From contig OZ176053.1 of NCBI GenBank assembly GCA_964247055.1, positions 12,834,001 through 12,898,000 of the forward strand: a stretch of 64,000 nucleotides of DNA, given 5' to 3'. Position numbers and translations under genes: made by a program. This stretch comes from Paragordius varius. Its lineage: Eukaryota; Animalia; Nematomorpha. This document shows, piece by piece, positions 40,901 through 54,699 of this stretch (position 1 is its first letter; the number at the start of each line of letters is the position of its first letter). The notes beneath the pieces are model-generated. The model was given only the letters and a program-made list of their open reading frames with translations, did no database searches and was not told the DNA's origin.

Positions 40901-40946
40901 AAAGGACGCCCCAGAGGACCAACAATCCGTCCTGTGGAAATAAAAC
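40901..40946 (+). CDS. Candidate isolated 46-nt exon (KGRPRGPTIRPVEIK), product unknown
   Basis: ttattttag|...AAAAC|gtatga. GC-rich island in AT-rich flanks; two frames are open. Confidence 0.35.
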
Positions 40947-43069
40947 GTATGATTTATTATATACTATTTAAAGCCTTTAAATATATTGTATATAAATATT
41001 TATTATATGGATGATGAAATTAAAAATTAACATTTTACGAGAAATCTTCATTTGATAATTATAATTACTTTTTCCTGCATGGATCAGTTATTTTTTACTG
41101 ACTGAATATTTTAATAGGTGATTTTAAGAGCTTTTTTGGGGTTTAGTAATCTTTTATATATTGTTAAATGTATCCAAATACTAAAAATAATCTGGTTTCG
41201 TTTATATGTAAGAATTCTAATTAAGTAATTCGCATTATTAAAAAAAAACATGGCGTATTTTAAAGGTTTAATTATATTATGTGATAAATTAAATATCCTT
41301 TAACGTGATGTAAATGCCATTTATTAATCTTTTAATTTAATTTTTATAATATTTTACCACCTCATTACATTTTCTTATGGCATGGGGTATTTTTAGACAA
41401 CTTAAGGTAGTTAACAATATACTGTTTTAAACGTTTTCTGAGTTTGATTAATTATCAAACTACATTTCCTATATTAGACAATAAACATAGATTTACAGTT
41501 TTTCAAATTAAGATACCAACAAATGACATAAACAGCTGATGTTAGCATCAACAGCTGGTCTATAATTTAAAACCTTTTCAATAATTATTTATATTCTTAC
41601 CATAATAATTTATTTGCTTGCATTCAGGATTTTTAAAAATAAAGAAAAAATGAGGGCGAAAAGATTGAGAAAAGGATTTTACAATTTTACACTTTTGAAA
41701 ACAAATTTATATCATGTGGCTAAAAAGAATATAAATTTGGTGTAAAAAATATTTTTTTAATTATATTTTAAATAATTTTAGGATATAAAATTACCCCTAA
41801 TGTTATAAAACGTCAAAAATCTTTTTTTTAAAAAAAGGGATTGTATGAGTGTATTATTATAACTCATAGAATTACCATATCAGATATTAAACCATATTTA
41901 TAAAAGGTTGGATAAAAAATATTGTTAATTTAAAACATGAATTATGACACTTAGCGCCGAAAATGCGAATTAAATGTTTATAAATCACATATGATTTAAA
42001 TAGATAAAAGCTTCTATTTAATGAATATGGAAATGATAAATGCGGGTAAGCTGGAGATTTTTATGCTATTATCCGGGTTCGAAAATGGCATTTTTGTCCC
42101 ACATTAGGTTTAATAAAATAAAATGCAGAGTAAAACGCCTCTAACAATAATTTTTTTAAATATATTATAAGGATAATTTTAGGCAAAATATTATCGATTT
42201 GATTTAACACTTTTTTAAAGGCCTATAAAACACAGTAAAGCCAATAATAGGACTTTGCTTCTTTTGTATCAAATAACTTATTATGTAAAATTTAATTTTA
42301 ATTGAACTACCATATATTTACTATATGCCCAAAATTTTCCCAAAATGTCGCTTTCGAAAATTGATTCAAGGCTTATACAAAAGAATTTTTTTTATAATGT
42401 TCGCCACAGCGGAAGTAGCTTATAATTCAAGCCATAGAAAATAGTTTTCTTATGTTTTTCGTTGCAGAAATAACCATCTATCATCTCAGTTTTTTAGGGT
42501 ATTTTTTAACCTAAAATTGTATTGAAATAATAATCATTTTTATATAAGGCTTATTTCATTTTTTAACAACATATTTTGCGTAAGCTCTAATTATTGTAAA
42601 TATTGATTGATAGCGCATAATTATGTTTTCATAATGCAAATTTGACTTAAATGCGCTGCTTTAATTCTTGCTTTCCACATTTAATAACATTTTTATCGAT
42701 ATGCGTTTAGGATTATCCTATCCATACATGTAAAATTAATTTAATTGAACTCTATTATTTTTATTTTATTTGACTAATTACAATAAAATTGCGATTTTTG
42801 ATTATGAATAATGGAAGAAAAATTAAAATAATCGTTTTCAATATTTTCCCGCATTTATTATTTCGAGCTATCAAAGATATATATTTCATAATCTATTGTT
42901 TTTTAGATATATTTTTAATTTCCGGTGTAAAGAATCTTATTTGACAAACCTTCGTCGTATCCAACTCAATAATATGTAATCTACAATCCTGAAAAAAATA
43001 TATATACTGATCATCCCAAATAAAATTTTGTCAGTTCCGAATAAAAGAAACCAGCGTTTTTAAAGGATA

Positions 43070-43480
43070 AATACTCCGGTGCTATTGATTTTAAGCATGG
43101 ACAAAATAACTAGAGCAGCCAGTTGGCGATTTGGAAATATAGGATTAAAAAAAGCTTATATAGACAGTAGGAAAAAGAGCAATTTTAGCAGACAAAAGGT
43201 CTGTAACGTCGATATCAATTTATCGAAACAGTTGTTAAATTATAAAAAGAAATTTTGTTTTCACAGTTAGGAGTAATGCATCAACTGAAACGATACTGCC
43301 TAATACGCAGTGTATATGAAAGACGCGTATTTGACACAATAGAATGGAAACTAAATAGGTAATTTGATGAGATGATATGAAAGGTAAGGGGACAATTTGG
43401 CCCTTAAAACGCAATGGGCAGACACGGTTAAAAGGGATATGTCACCTCTAAAAAGAGGAATAGCGGAATAGTTTATAAAT
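43070..43480 (+). pseudogene. Decayed RTE 3' fragment
   Basis: ..RRVFD..G..WADTVKRDM (GRP..RW.D.V..DM-like C-terminus). Confidence 0.55.
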
Positions 43481-43825
43481 ATGACGAGTTGAAGGATTTC
43501 ACATATTATAAATTTATATTATCTAGCAACTTGATGCTTAATGAATTTTAATCTTAAACTTTTTACTCTAAACTAATATATATTAAAAAATATATTGTAT
43601 ATTTCCATATAATAAATGTATCATGCACTTATATTAAACACAACCCTACGAATATAGATTAAAAAAATTAATATTTATTTACCATTTTAAACATTCTAAC
43701 AATAATACTTTATAATATAAATAATCGAAGTTTAGCGAAAATGCCATCTTTATTTTCAATAACAACATAATATGTATTGTAAGCCCATTGCAATTATCAG
43801 TCAGATACTCGTTATCAAGCCATTG

Positions 43826-43943
43826 GTGGCTTTATGAAACGAATATTTTGGAAGATCTGGTGAATCTTCAACATGAGTGAAAAGATTCAGGCATATGGAC
43901 TGGTAAACATTGTCCTCTTTGAATTTTCGTTTCATAAAGCCAC
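43826..43943. repeat. Short inverted repeat (perfect 18-bp arms, 82-nt spacer)
   Basis: GTGGCTTTATGAAACGAA (43826-43843) vs TTCGTTTCATAAAGCCAC (43926-43943), extended by TCAAGC/GCTTGA. Confidence 0.85.
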
Positions 43944-44378
43944 TGCTTGAGAATTACTATCTAATTGCTATAGACTAATATAATGCTCCATATTTTGTTG
44001 TTATAAAATAATACTCAAAAGAATCTATTCATCATTGAATATATTTATTTTTTTTATTTTTTAGGTGATTTGCGTATAATTCCCAGGATTAACTACAAAG
44101 AGCACCCTATTAACGAGTTATTATTTTTAATATTATTTATTAATTATATCATAAATATTGACTGCCATTAATTGTATTTAATGGATATTGAAATTATTTC
44201 TTTTAAAAATAACATTAGTCATTCATTATCTGCCTTACTTAAATTTTGATAATTATGATATGGTATAAAACAAATATAAAGTATATTTTAATATACATAT
44301 TACTATCATAATTTTCTAACTTTTTGACGAATATAATTTATGTTTATTCTGTCTCACCCAATAATAATTTTTTTATAG

Positions 44379-44481
44379 AAAAATCCATTGAACCTGAAGA
44401 TTGGTAATATAATTTATTATATGTATTTGTAATTTACATTTATATACAACACATTCATTTTAGCCTTCGTTTTAAATTGGG
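44379..44481 (+). other. Candidate micro-exon pair (25 nt and 18 nt) separated by a 60-nt GT-AG intron
   Basis: tttatag|AAAAATCCATTGAACCTGAAGATTG|gtaata..tttttag|CCTTCGTTTTAAATTGGG|gtagtt. Confidence 0.3.
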
Positions 44482-45549
44482 GTAGTTAGATACCCCAGGC
44501 CTGCAAATATTACTAAACACCTATTGGTTTAAAGTTCTATCGCTTTTTTTATTTATTATTTCCTATACTATATAAAACAAAATTTTCCTTTTTTATTTAA
44601 GTCCATACATGCTTCAGAGAATCTATTTACATATATCTAAGAATTTTTTTAATTTATAGGCTAATAAAGACGAATATTTGAATATCTTATGCAAGATGTA
44701 TGACAGTTATTGAATCCTGACCAAGATGGTTTTGTTAACAGATTAACAAAAATTATAATAAGATTTTCCAGAATAATTCTACCGAATAACATAGTTTTAA
44801 TATTTGATGCTTTATATCCAATTATGTATATTTATATATTCTACCATCACACTTCAAAATAAATCAAAACTTGCCCTTTGCTTTCCAGAAGTAAATAGTT
44901 TATCGTTTAGATCAGTTAGATATAGCATAATAAAATTTTATGAAGAAAACAAACAAGATACGTTCCTTTTGTGACAACCTCTTCAATGAACAATTAATCC
45001 AGTTTAGGTCATGGATATTGACTATGAGCTCAAGTTCAGAAAAAAATGATAATGTTTATTTTGTGAATACTCATTTATTAACGTTTCATATAAATTTACA
45101 AAAAATAATAAAAATTTAGCAATTATTCCAATGAAGATTGTTTTTCTGTTTATATAATTGGCAAAATATTACGTATTTTTTTGTCAACAGATCTTAAACA
45201 CAAATAGCACCTTGTAGGATATATAAATATATATATACCTTATTGGCACATTAATATTAGTGCGTTCCGAAATTCCTTCTAAAGAAAGATGATTTAAGGG
45301 ACCATGATTTGGCCACGCCCATAGATACAAGATACCTAAATATGTATAGAGAGAATATACCTAAAAAGCATCATTTGACATTTTATATTTAAAATCCAAT
45401 TATTATTTTTACAAACACCTTATGTCACCAAAGATTGAAAAAATGATCAAGATATAGAAAGCATTATTTAAAGTATCTGAATATCGCCAAATATAAATAA
45501 ATTTATTTAAATTATAAACGTATTACACAAAATATTCATAATATTATGT

Positions 45550-46090
45550 TTGAAAATTAGCATTCTTCTTATTGATATTAATACAGGTAATATGTTTCTA
45601 ATATTGATATATGATGCGGTGTGCGTTCATATTGATCATATCTTAGATTGAAGAATAGCATGAGATGCCAATAATTATGCAGATAATCCTGAAAATTTCC
45701 ATCACCATTATTTTCTGGGTAGATTCTATCAACTTAAATATAAGATAGAAAGTTATTAATATATTAGAAAATCGATACGATTCTAGAAGTATTTTTAACA
45801 TAATATTGCGGGCTAAAAGATTCAAAGTTTGAAAGGGAACTAAATAAGGTTGACTTGGCTTTTTAACGAAATTTGCAAAAAAATATTTTCTTCATGATAA
45901 AAAATTCAAAAATGATACTTTATGTTTTTGCGTTTTCCTTCTACCATCCTAAGCTATAAATATGAAAAACTATTCTTCACCAAAGCAAACAATGTTAGTG
46001 TTGCCTGCTAAGCTTTTTAGGTGCTGTTACATTCAAAGCATTTTTAAAAAAATATTTGCTTTTATTTTCTATTTGACCTCATTGGTGAGA
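45550..46090 (-). repeat. Partial second copy of the 31383-34514 foldback family (one inner arm plus spacer, opposite orientation)
   Basis: gtgtgcgttcat..caaagtttgaaaggg..ttctacca matches the inner arm, followed by the reverse complement of the 33349-33477 spacer. Confidence 0.8.
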
Positions 46091-46099
46091 TGAATTTCC

Positions 46100-46248
46100 A
46101 CTTTTTGTCCGATTTCGATTTTCTCTCAATATTACTAGGTTGTCAGCAAATAAAACTTTTTGCGACAAATGAATATGCTGGTCATAAGCTATCTCATGAA
46201 AAAAATTTTTTTGTTAAATCAAAATGACCCTCTTTTTTGCACACAGTG
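46100..46248. mobile_element. Solo terminus of the CACTGTG-ended (Transib-like) family
   Basis: Matches 48040-48138 and ends ..ttttttgcacacagtg. Confidence 0.6.

Positions 46249-46250
<2 letters not shown>

Positions 46251-46293
<43 letters not shown>
46251..46293. repeat. (AT)n microsatellite
   Basis: Perfect AT run. Confidence 0.95.
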
Positions 46294-46299
<6 letters not shown>

Positions 46300-47231
46300 C
46301 CCGAAAATAACTCGTTCATTTAATAAATTTATAATTATTTATTGCAGGCTTTGGTATCTTATATTAATTTCGAAATATACAATAAAAATTGCTGGGTCGA
46401 TTTCATAAACTTTAAGAAAAGGTAAAAACATACACTAGAGATACACATTTTTGGCCATAATTTTTTGATAAATTGTTAAATTTATAATATTTTAGTTAAG
46501 TAAGATGTCATCAGAAAACTAAGGAATGATGAATCCATACGATTCGGAAACTATGTTTCGATTTCGCTTTACCTTAGTTTCGATAGAAAAACCAAACTCC
46601 ATTTTTAAAATATTCTATAAAACTTTTGTAAAATGGCTGTGTTATGACTTATTTTACGAATTCTCTTCAAATCTTGAACAATTTATATAAACTTATTTAT
46701 ATCATGAAAATCCATCAAATACATGATGTATATTTTCTAAAGGCTCTACCTTATAAAATTGCCAGCATTAAATACTGGTTTAATCAAATGCAATCTACCA
46801 TTCATAGTGTATTTTGCGCTTATAAAGTAATACTAGCCTTTATCTAGAGATAATCTAATTTAAATTTAGTTGTATTTTTGATAGAAAATTGAGTTATAAA
46901 CACATTATATTAAGCAATATAGTTTAATTTCAAGTAAAATTATTTAGTGTTCAACTAGTTGATCGTGGTAACCAACAAAAAATGGTTAAAATCAAACAAT
47001 TTATTCCAAAGTTTGTTGATTTTATTGACAAACATTTTACCATACCCTACTGCATATATCGTTTAATTATCTTTGGAAACGTAAAAAAGGATCTATATTT
47101 TAATATTATTTCAAAATTTGACTAAATTCTTAATTATATTTTAAAATTACCTGTTTGATCAAATCATACTTTTCAACCATTGCAGCTAAATGATATAATA
47201 ATGGATTTTTCTATATACAGCAAACAAAACG

Positions 47232-48138
47232 CACTGTGTGCAAAAAGATTTTTAACAAAAAATATTTTTTCATGAGATAGCATATTTGGCGCAAAAAATT
47301 TTATTTGTTTACGACCTGGTTTTGAAATATTAAAATAAAATTCGGCAAAAAATAAAAATTAAGGATAATTAAAAAAACATTAATAAAAATTGAAATATTT
47401 AGGTTTAACTTTATCATATAGGCACAATTTATAAATAGCATTCATATAATTATATTAAACTTAGATCATAAATTGTGTTTTCTAACAAACTTAAAGACAA
47501 AAAATAATTTATGCTAATAAATATTTACCAGCTAAACTGACCATTAAAATCTTAAATTTATTTTATGCCGTAAAAATTACTTAAAATTAATAAAGTAATA
47601 TTTAATTTTTTGCCACCTGGTGTATGAATGTTTGATAATACTGTTTTATTCTGAAATCTTACATAGGCGGAATATGTAAAGTATATAAATTTATACAAAA
47701 TAAGATAAAGGTTTAAGAGTAGTGGAATATCCACCAAAAATCCGTACAAATCCCGATAAAAACATTAATTTGTCTTAAAAACAAACTTGTTACTGGTCAT
47801 ACGAATTTTTGGTTGATACTCCACTGCTTGAAAATCCGATTTTATAATAATTTCTCTACTTTGTCGTTCCATAAACCATATGACATAATTATGAAAAATT
47901 AAAAAACAATATTTTATTAATTTTTTTATATGAGTTTATATTAATAGAGAGTTTAGCTAGCAAATAATAAAATTCCTGATTTATCATTTCTAATATATTT
48001 AATTATCCTTAATTTTCAATTTTTGTCAAATTTTTTTCGCGAATTTTAAAAACAGGACTGCCAACAAATAAAAACTTTTGCGGCAGATGTAGGAAAAAAA
48101 TTTTTTGTTGAAATAATGACCCTTTTTTGCGCACAGTG
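47232..48138. mobile_element. Non-autonomous element with ~250-bp imperfect TIRs beginning CACTGTG (Transib-like)
   Basis: CACTGTGTGCAAAAAG..CTTTTTTGCGCACAGTG; aaaattaaggataatt vs aattatccttaatttt. Not flanked by TA; no 5-bp TSD recovered. Confidence 0.6.
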
Positions 48139-48353
48139 ACATATTTATATTGAATAACTACATTTTTATAAGGTTTGTTAGCCAGACTTTATATGAATAT
48201 ACTAAATTAGGTTTAAATAATTTAAATATCACTAGAGACATTTGACTTATTTTAAGTCGCACTTTCATAAATTTATTAAATTAGATTAATAGTAAGGGGG
48301 TCTGGGATGAAAAAGTACCCCAATATGTCATCGCGGACAAAAAAGTGAAAAGG

Positions 48354-51300
48354 TCATGGTGTGCTAGCAGAACACGTAACGCAGCAAAAATGTTACATTA
48401 ATCAATTATATATCATTCGATTGCTAAAAATTCGGGGTAAGGATTATAAAAAATTAATGCGGTTAATAGGCTAGAACAAAAAGTTAATATGCTATAATTA
48501 AATAATCGCATTCTTGTCTTATATTAAGTCGAAGAAAATTACATGTAACGGATAAAAATATGTCGATTTCGATAACATATAGCATAAGGAAATTCCTAAA
48601 CACAAAATAGCGAAAATTCCAGAAGGTCTCTTAAGCATTTTCAAGTGTTAATGCTAAATAATTGTTCTTTGGGGTCAAATTTAAATTGTAAAAACTTGCT
48701 GCGGTGAAAATAATTTTTGTTTTAACTATTATAATATTTAGTTACCCAATATATCGTGTTTACAAAATGATTCAAGGCTTTAATTTTTTTATTTTGCACC
48801 AAACCAAAAGTAGGTTACTTTAAAAAACATCCAATGTATATTATTATAATCGTATATACATTCGGGAAAGATTATCCATTTCGTTTTTGATTTAGGGACA
48901 TATCATGCCCAAAAATTATGTTTTGTTGTAATTTTGGCTATTTATCCCGCTTTTTCAAACCTTTCTAAATCTAAAAGCTAAATCGGTAGGTTTTTTTCTT
49001 TCCATAATACAAATATTTTGAATATTTATAAAAGTTATACGCTAAAATCTTTTTATATAAGCCTTAATTCATTTTTGAAACGCAAAATTTAGGTAAAACT
49101 ATAAATAAAAAAATATAGGGTATTTAAAATAAACATGTTTATTTGATTCAATTTCAAAACAAAGTGTAATTTTCCAGCTTTAATTTGTTTAAAGGCTCTA
49201 AGAAATTGTACGTTATAATTATGCGTGTAAGATTATCCTTACGGAATATATTAAATAAATTTTGCGCGTTTTTTCTATTGTATTTAATTTTCGATCCAAT
49301 GGGCGACATAAATGCGATTTTCGATTACAGCAAATAATGGAAAATTTGATTTTAATCCTGAAGAATTTGACTATCAATATATCCATAAAATATATTTTTT
49401 TGCTGCGCCCGTATTCCACAGCCCTCCTGCTTTTGATAGATGCATTGAATAACCCAATTATAATTTCTATATAACTTATATAATTAAAATTAACTAAAAA
49501 TATGTTTTTAAAGAAAATGATAGGTGCCATTATTATAGGTATAAGATAGGATGTCAAAATAACTGTGGCCTTGGCAGTTTTAAGAGACCAATAAGTGTGT
49601 AAATCAAAAAAGTAAATGAACAAAATTATATTCAGTAAAAATGAGATATTTATTCGAAATTGATTTTTAAATAATTAAACAAAAAAACTTATATAAAAGA
49701 CTCAAGTCAATGAATGATCTATCTAAAAATATAATCAAAATTATTATTAAAATTTAAAGCGTGAGATTATAACACCTTTTAAATTATAACTTTCCAAATA
49801 TATTTTTCGCATCTATTAAATTCTCAATACCGGGTTTATTATATAGATACACTAACTAAATTTATGTGAATTCAAAAATTTTAGGTGACTGGATTAAAAT
49901 ACAAATATTTAGCAGTAAACAATTATTATTGCAAAAAAATTTTATTGAATAAAATTTCTAGTTGCATATTCATTGTATTATGTGATTTTTGAAAAAAATT
50001 ATATACAAACATTACCTGGACTAAATTGGATTAATTGGGAATACTTTAAACGTTTTGACTTTTTTAAGTGTTCTTGTTATTATAAAAATTACATTAAAGA
50101 AAGATAGTATATTTGAATTTAGTTTATTATGTAATTTTTTGAAAAAAATTATATACAAAAAATAACTGGAGTATATTGAATAAGAGGTTAAGAATACTTT
50201 AGACGTTTTGACTTTTGTTGATCTTGTTATTATAAAAAATTTATTAAAGAATGATAGTATATTTGAAAAAATAATTGGTCTTCACCTAAGATTTTTCTAT
50301 TAATAGAATTTATTGAAATTTTTAGCGATTTAACATAACATTCGAAATTTTTAAGATTTTATATTTTAAATATGTGTTTCATATCATTCGAAATAGCCGT
50401 GAAGGCAATGCTGTGAAGGGGATTGGAGAGTCTTATGCAGACTGATACTGTCAAGTAATTGTTGTTTCACCTCTGATACTGATAATGAAAAGCGCAAAAA
50501 CAAAATTTTTCGAATGGTAGTTCATTTAAATCAATCTGATGTAAATATTTGGCTAATATGGTCACAATTTTTAAACCATTAATAAGTCAAAATTTTTCAC
50601 ACAAACTAATTTTAAAATCATATAAATATTAAAAAATAATTATTGGGCCTTAAAATAAATCTTTGAAAAGGCTTTTGAATAAACATTATTGGTAACATCT
50701 GCTGGATACCAAAATGGATAGAACAAAAGAAAATTAATATGATATAATCAAAAATCGCATTCTTGTCTTATATTAAGTCGAATAAAATTAAATGTAACGG
50801 ATAAAAATGCATCGATTTCGATAATATATAGTATAAGGAAAAACACCTAATGTTAGCGAAAATTCCAGAGGGTCTCTTAATTACTTTCAGTTCTTTGGGG
50901 TCAAATTTGAATTGTAAAAACTTGATGTGGAAGAATACCATATGAAACACATGGCTCTATATTTAAAATTTAAAATTTACTCCAGGTAATTTTTGTCATA
51001 ATTTTTTTTTAAAAAAATCACATAAATTTTATTCAATAAAACTATTATTGCAATTATAATTGTTTATTGCTAAATTTTGTGGTTTAATCCAAATAATCTC
51101 ACGATATAAATGTTAATAATAATTTTGATAATTTTTTAGATAGTTCATTAATTGACTTGGGTCCAGTTAATATATTTTAATATTTTCTTGGTTATTTAAA
51201 ATTAATTTTGAATTAATATCTCATTTTTACTAAATATATTTTTGTTCAATTATGTGATAAAATGAGTATATTTAAAATGACATGCTTGTGTTATCTTTTT

Positions 51301-51645
51301 AAGACATTTATTGCCAACTAGACAAAGTTGGACCTATTTCATCCATTAGTTTTAAAAATATATTAATTAAAAAAGCTCTGCTTTTCAAGTTCACTTCCTA
51401 TGTCAAATATTAACCGAAGATGTAAATATTAGTATGCATTTTATAGAGTTTTTATTCTTTCGAATGATATATTACGAATGGGCATCTGTTGCATATTCAA
51501 GGCAACACATTTATAAATAAAATTTTGATAAAAATTATATTCAGATTTTAATTCTTATATCAGATTTACTGTTAAAATGATAATTATCAGAAAATGCAAA
51601 AAACTCTGGCAAAAATTTTTTTGTCTAGTGTAATTAATCGTATTT
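48354..51645. repeat. Rearranged family A copy (mosaic of inverted and direct segments)
   Basis: 48354-49500 = reverse complement of ~9230-10482; 49590-50560 = direct copy of arm plus core; 50700-50930 = reverse complement of ~3990-4200; 50970-51645 = reverse complement of the family A 5' part. Confidence 0.85.
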
Positions 51646-52527
51646 ATACCTAATGTTGAAATAAAAAAAATGAAAACGTCGTTTTTTAACTATCTTGGCC
51701 TGTTGATTGAGACTGCTCTCTATGAGCCCATAGCTAAAATGATAAAAATATAAATTATTTTTTTCATTCATTTAAGTGTTTGATGAAAAGCCATTTCGAG
51801 TCAATAAAAACATTGGTATAATAAATCCTAAAAATACCTTCACTAGTCGACAAATTTGGACATTTTTGAGCACCACCACTCAAACTTTTAAATTATGACT
51901 AATTCCAGTGTTTTAAAAAATGTGAAAGAATTTTTGATCCCGCCAATCAGAATTTTGAAATATTATAGGTTTTTCAATTTTTCAAAAACAAGAGAAAATC
52001 GAGAGAAAGTTGAATATAACTTTATATTAAAATGTTATTATATTATAAACTTAATATCATTTAATAAAGCGTTTTAAACTCTATCTTTTGAATATAAATA
52101 TGTCATTTAAATATCAGAGAGAAAAAAATAGTACGGACTTAAACGTCAAAATTTAGTCTTTTTCTTTCAAGTGAATTTTTAATACGTATAAAATAAAAAA
52201 ATAGTAAAAAAGGCATTCTATGGTTTAAACCTTTGGCTTTTAGATAGGCTATATTTTTTTTGTTAGTTTTCGTTCTTTCGAGTACTTATTAGGCTTTTTT
52301 TCTTGAGTTGGTTCTTACGAAAAATCCTTTATTAATACCTAGTGGATATACTGTATTTTTTTAAAATTATTGGTTGTTTTGTATTTTTAATTTCAGATGG
52401 ATGTTGTGTAGCCACTTTTAGTAGAATTTACTATTATGGGATTGGACCATTTGTATTTACCTAATCTTTTTATTCAATTTAATTGTAAAATTTATCTAAC
52501 TTTATTCTGTGAATTGGTTAATTTGAC

Positions 52528-52686
52528 ATGTCAATTTGCCTGGATTTTGCTTGCAAGTCTCTCTTAGCGGGCTTTACGATTACTTATGTTATCTTTGCCA
52601 TATCTGGCATAATTGGATCGCTTGGGGGATATGCAGAGCTTGTGCAGCTGCCCGGATCTATCACACTATACATAAGCCCCTTTTAG
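52528..52686 (+). other. 52-codon ORF with a hydrophobic segment in a GC-richer island, identity unknown
   Basis: MSICLDFACKSLLAGFTITYVIFAISGIIGSLGGYAELVQLPGSITLYISPF*. Confidence 0.25.
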
Positions 52687-53439
52687 ATTTTTAATACTTT
52701 GGCTCTTAGCTTGTATAGTATCTTAATTAATGCCTAGAATTTTGTTATTCATGCATGGAATATTACTTGTATCGACTTGTTCATTTAAATATTTAACATA
52801 TATACACGAGGAATGATTGTTATTTTAAAATTAAATACAAAATCAAAAATTAAATTTCGGAAAAATTCTATTGGTGGCCTCAATTTCCTTTTTTGTTTTG
52901 GCCTTTCCATGCCATTAGGTATCAGAAAATGCAAAAATAATGGGGTGGTGCAAAACCTTGTTGAGCAGTGTTATAATAACCGATGATAGAGTAAATTAGC
53001 ATTAAAAATTCCCATTGGGATAGTGTTTGAATGTCCTACAAGCATAAAAGAGTATAAATTAGCAATTATTAATAAATATTATAAGCAAATAGTAACATGC
53101 ATATAATTTAAAGTTAGTGATATGACGATAGTTATAAAAAAATACTATGCACGATGATTTGTAATTATCTATAAATCATTCTTAAAAAAACTCCATAATT
53201 TATAAATCCAATTTGTTTAATTAATGGCTTCAAGGTACAGTTAGTTGATCAAGCTGATTATTTATATGTTATTAAAACTCAATAAGCCATTGATAAAGCA
53301 AAGAACTTTAAATTTTGAGCATAATTTTGAAATAATTGCTAAGTTTTTTTCTCGTTCCCCAATTAGTTTTGGTTTATTAACGTGAAGTATTGTTAGTCAT
53401 TTCGGTATTTAAATGGTTAAAGGGTATGTCATTTAGATA

Positions 53440-53545
53440 CAGTGGCGAAACGAAGAGGTGCTAGGGGCAGCAGTGCTGTGGGGCCCCAAGGCCCTTTTTT
53501 ATTTCTTATAATAAAAATTTTAGTCCCCCTTTGCGGGTAAGGGGA
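53440..53545 (+). mobile_element. Possible left end of a hAT-like transposon
   Basis: CAGTGGCG start followed by a GC-rich GGGGC/GGGCCCC subterminal tract. No matching right end seen. Confidence 0.35.
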
Positions 53546-54699
53546 ATATATTGATTTTTTTATTTACAGTATTTGTTAATAAAGATAAATTTTAATCAAT
53601 CTGGCAAACAATAGAGAATTCTTATTGTGAAAGGAAGATAATATCTCAAAAACAGTTTTATTAAAACTTAAATATTATACGTGTCTGTATTAACTGGCAA
53701 ACCCATTAACTTAACATTTGCTTATAAGATAATTACTTACGTTTAAATGTCTGCAAAGAATAGGATAAACGGGATTAGGTTTTAAAATTTAATAAATGAT
53801 TTAATTCTACTAAGTATCAGAAATTCAAATTCAAATAAGGAGAAAACTAACGAAGAATTAATAATTGTTTGAGATTTAGTCCGTAAATAAAGCGTCTTGT
53901 TTTTGTTAATCAAATTAATTTGCATAATAAATTAGACATATACGGTTGTTAAATGGCTATTAAAGTAAGTACTAATACATGATTGATGTGTGAGAAGGAA
54001 TGGTATTCAGAAATGATTAAAAATATGTAAAAAGAAATAAACAATTTTTTGCTTGTACTGATGTAAAACGAATAATAATTATTAAAATTGTACTCGAACC
54101 CCATTATTAATTACCTATTAATATAGTGGAAACTATAATAAATTTTCAACGTATTTTAATTGTAGCCTAAAAAGATAATAAAACCCAAAAATAAATTTAA
54201 ATATTTTTAAGATGTGTATTCCTATTTATGCTCGAAATGTTAAAAAAAAACAAAAATAAGTCAATTTTACATAAAAGAAGGATTCTTAAAAACTATTTAT
54301 TTGCAGCAAAATTATTTAAATAATAAATTATTTAAATTTATGTTATAAAATAATAATTACTTGAATATATTGATTTATTGAATTTAATTTATTTATAAAC
54401 TATTATAATTGTGTGGATTAATTTATTTTTTAAACAAACAATAACATCCATAAATCAACTTTATCCATGAAATTTCAATATAAGCATATGCGAATCTAAC
54501 CAAAATTAAATTTTGAGCATATCACTCTGTAGCTAAAAGTTCGAATAAATAATTGCGGTAAAAAATATGCGAAAAATTTCATTTTATCGCATTTTAGGTC
54601 AATAAATACATTAGAAGAAAACGCGTCAACTAAAAATTATTTGTTGATATGTAAAATAAGAATAGTCCTTTGGTAAAATATTATCGACAAAGATTAGAG

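Noticed and set aside
43267-43358. Well-bounded open exon candidate (LGVMHQLKRY..)
   Set aside because: It falls within an RTE C-terminal fragment.
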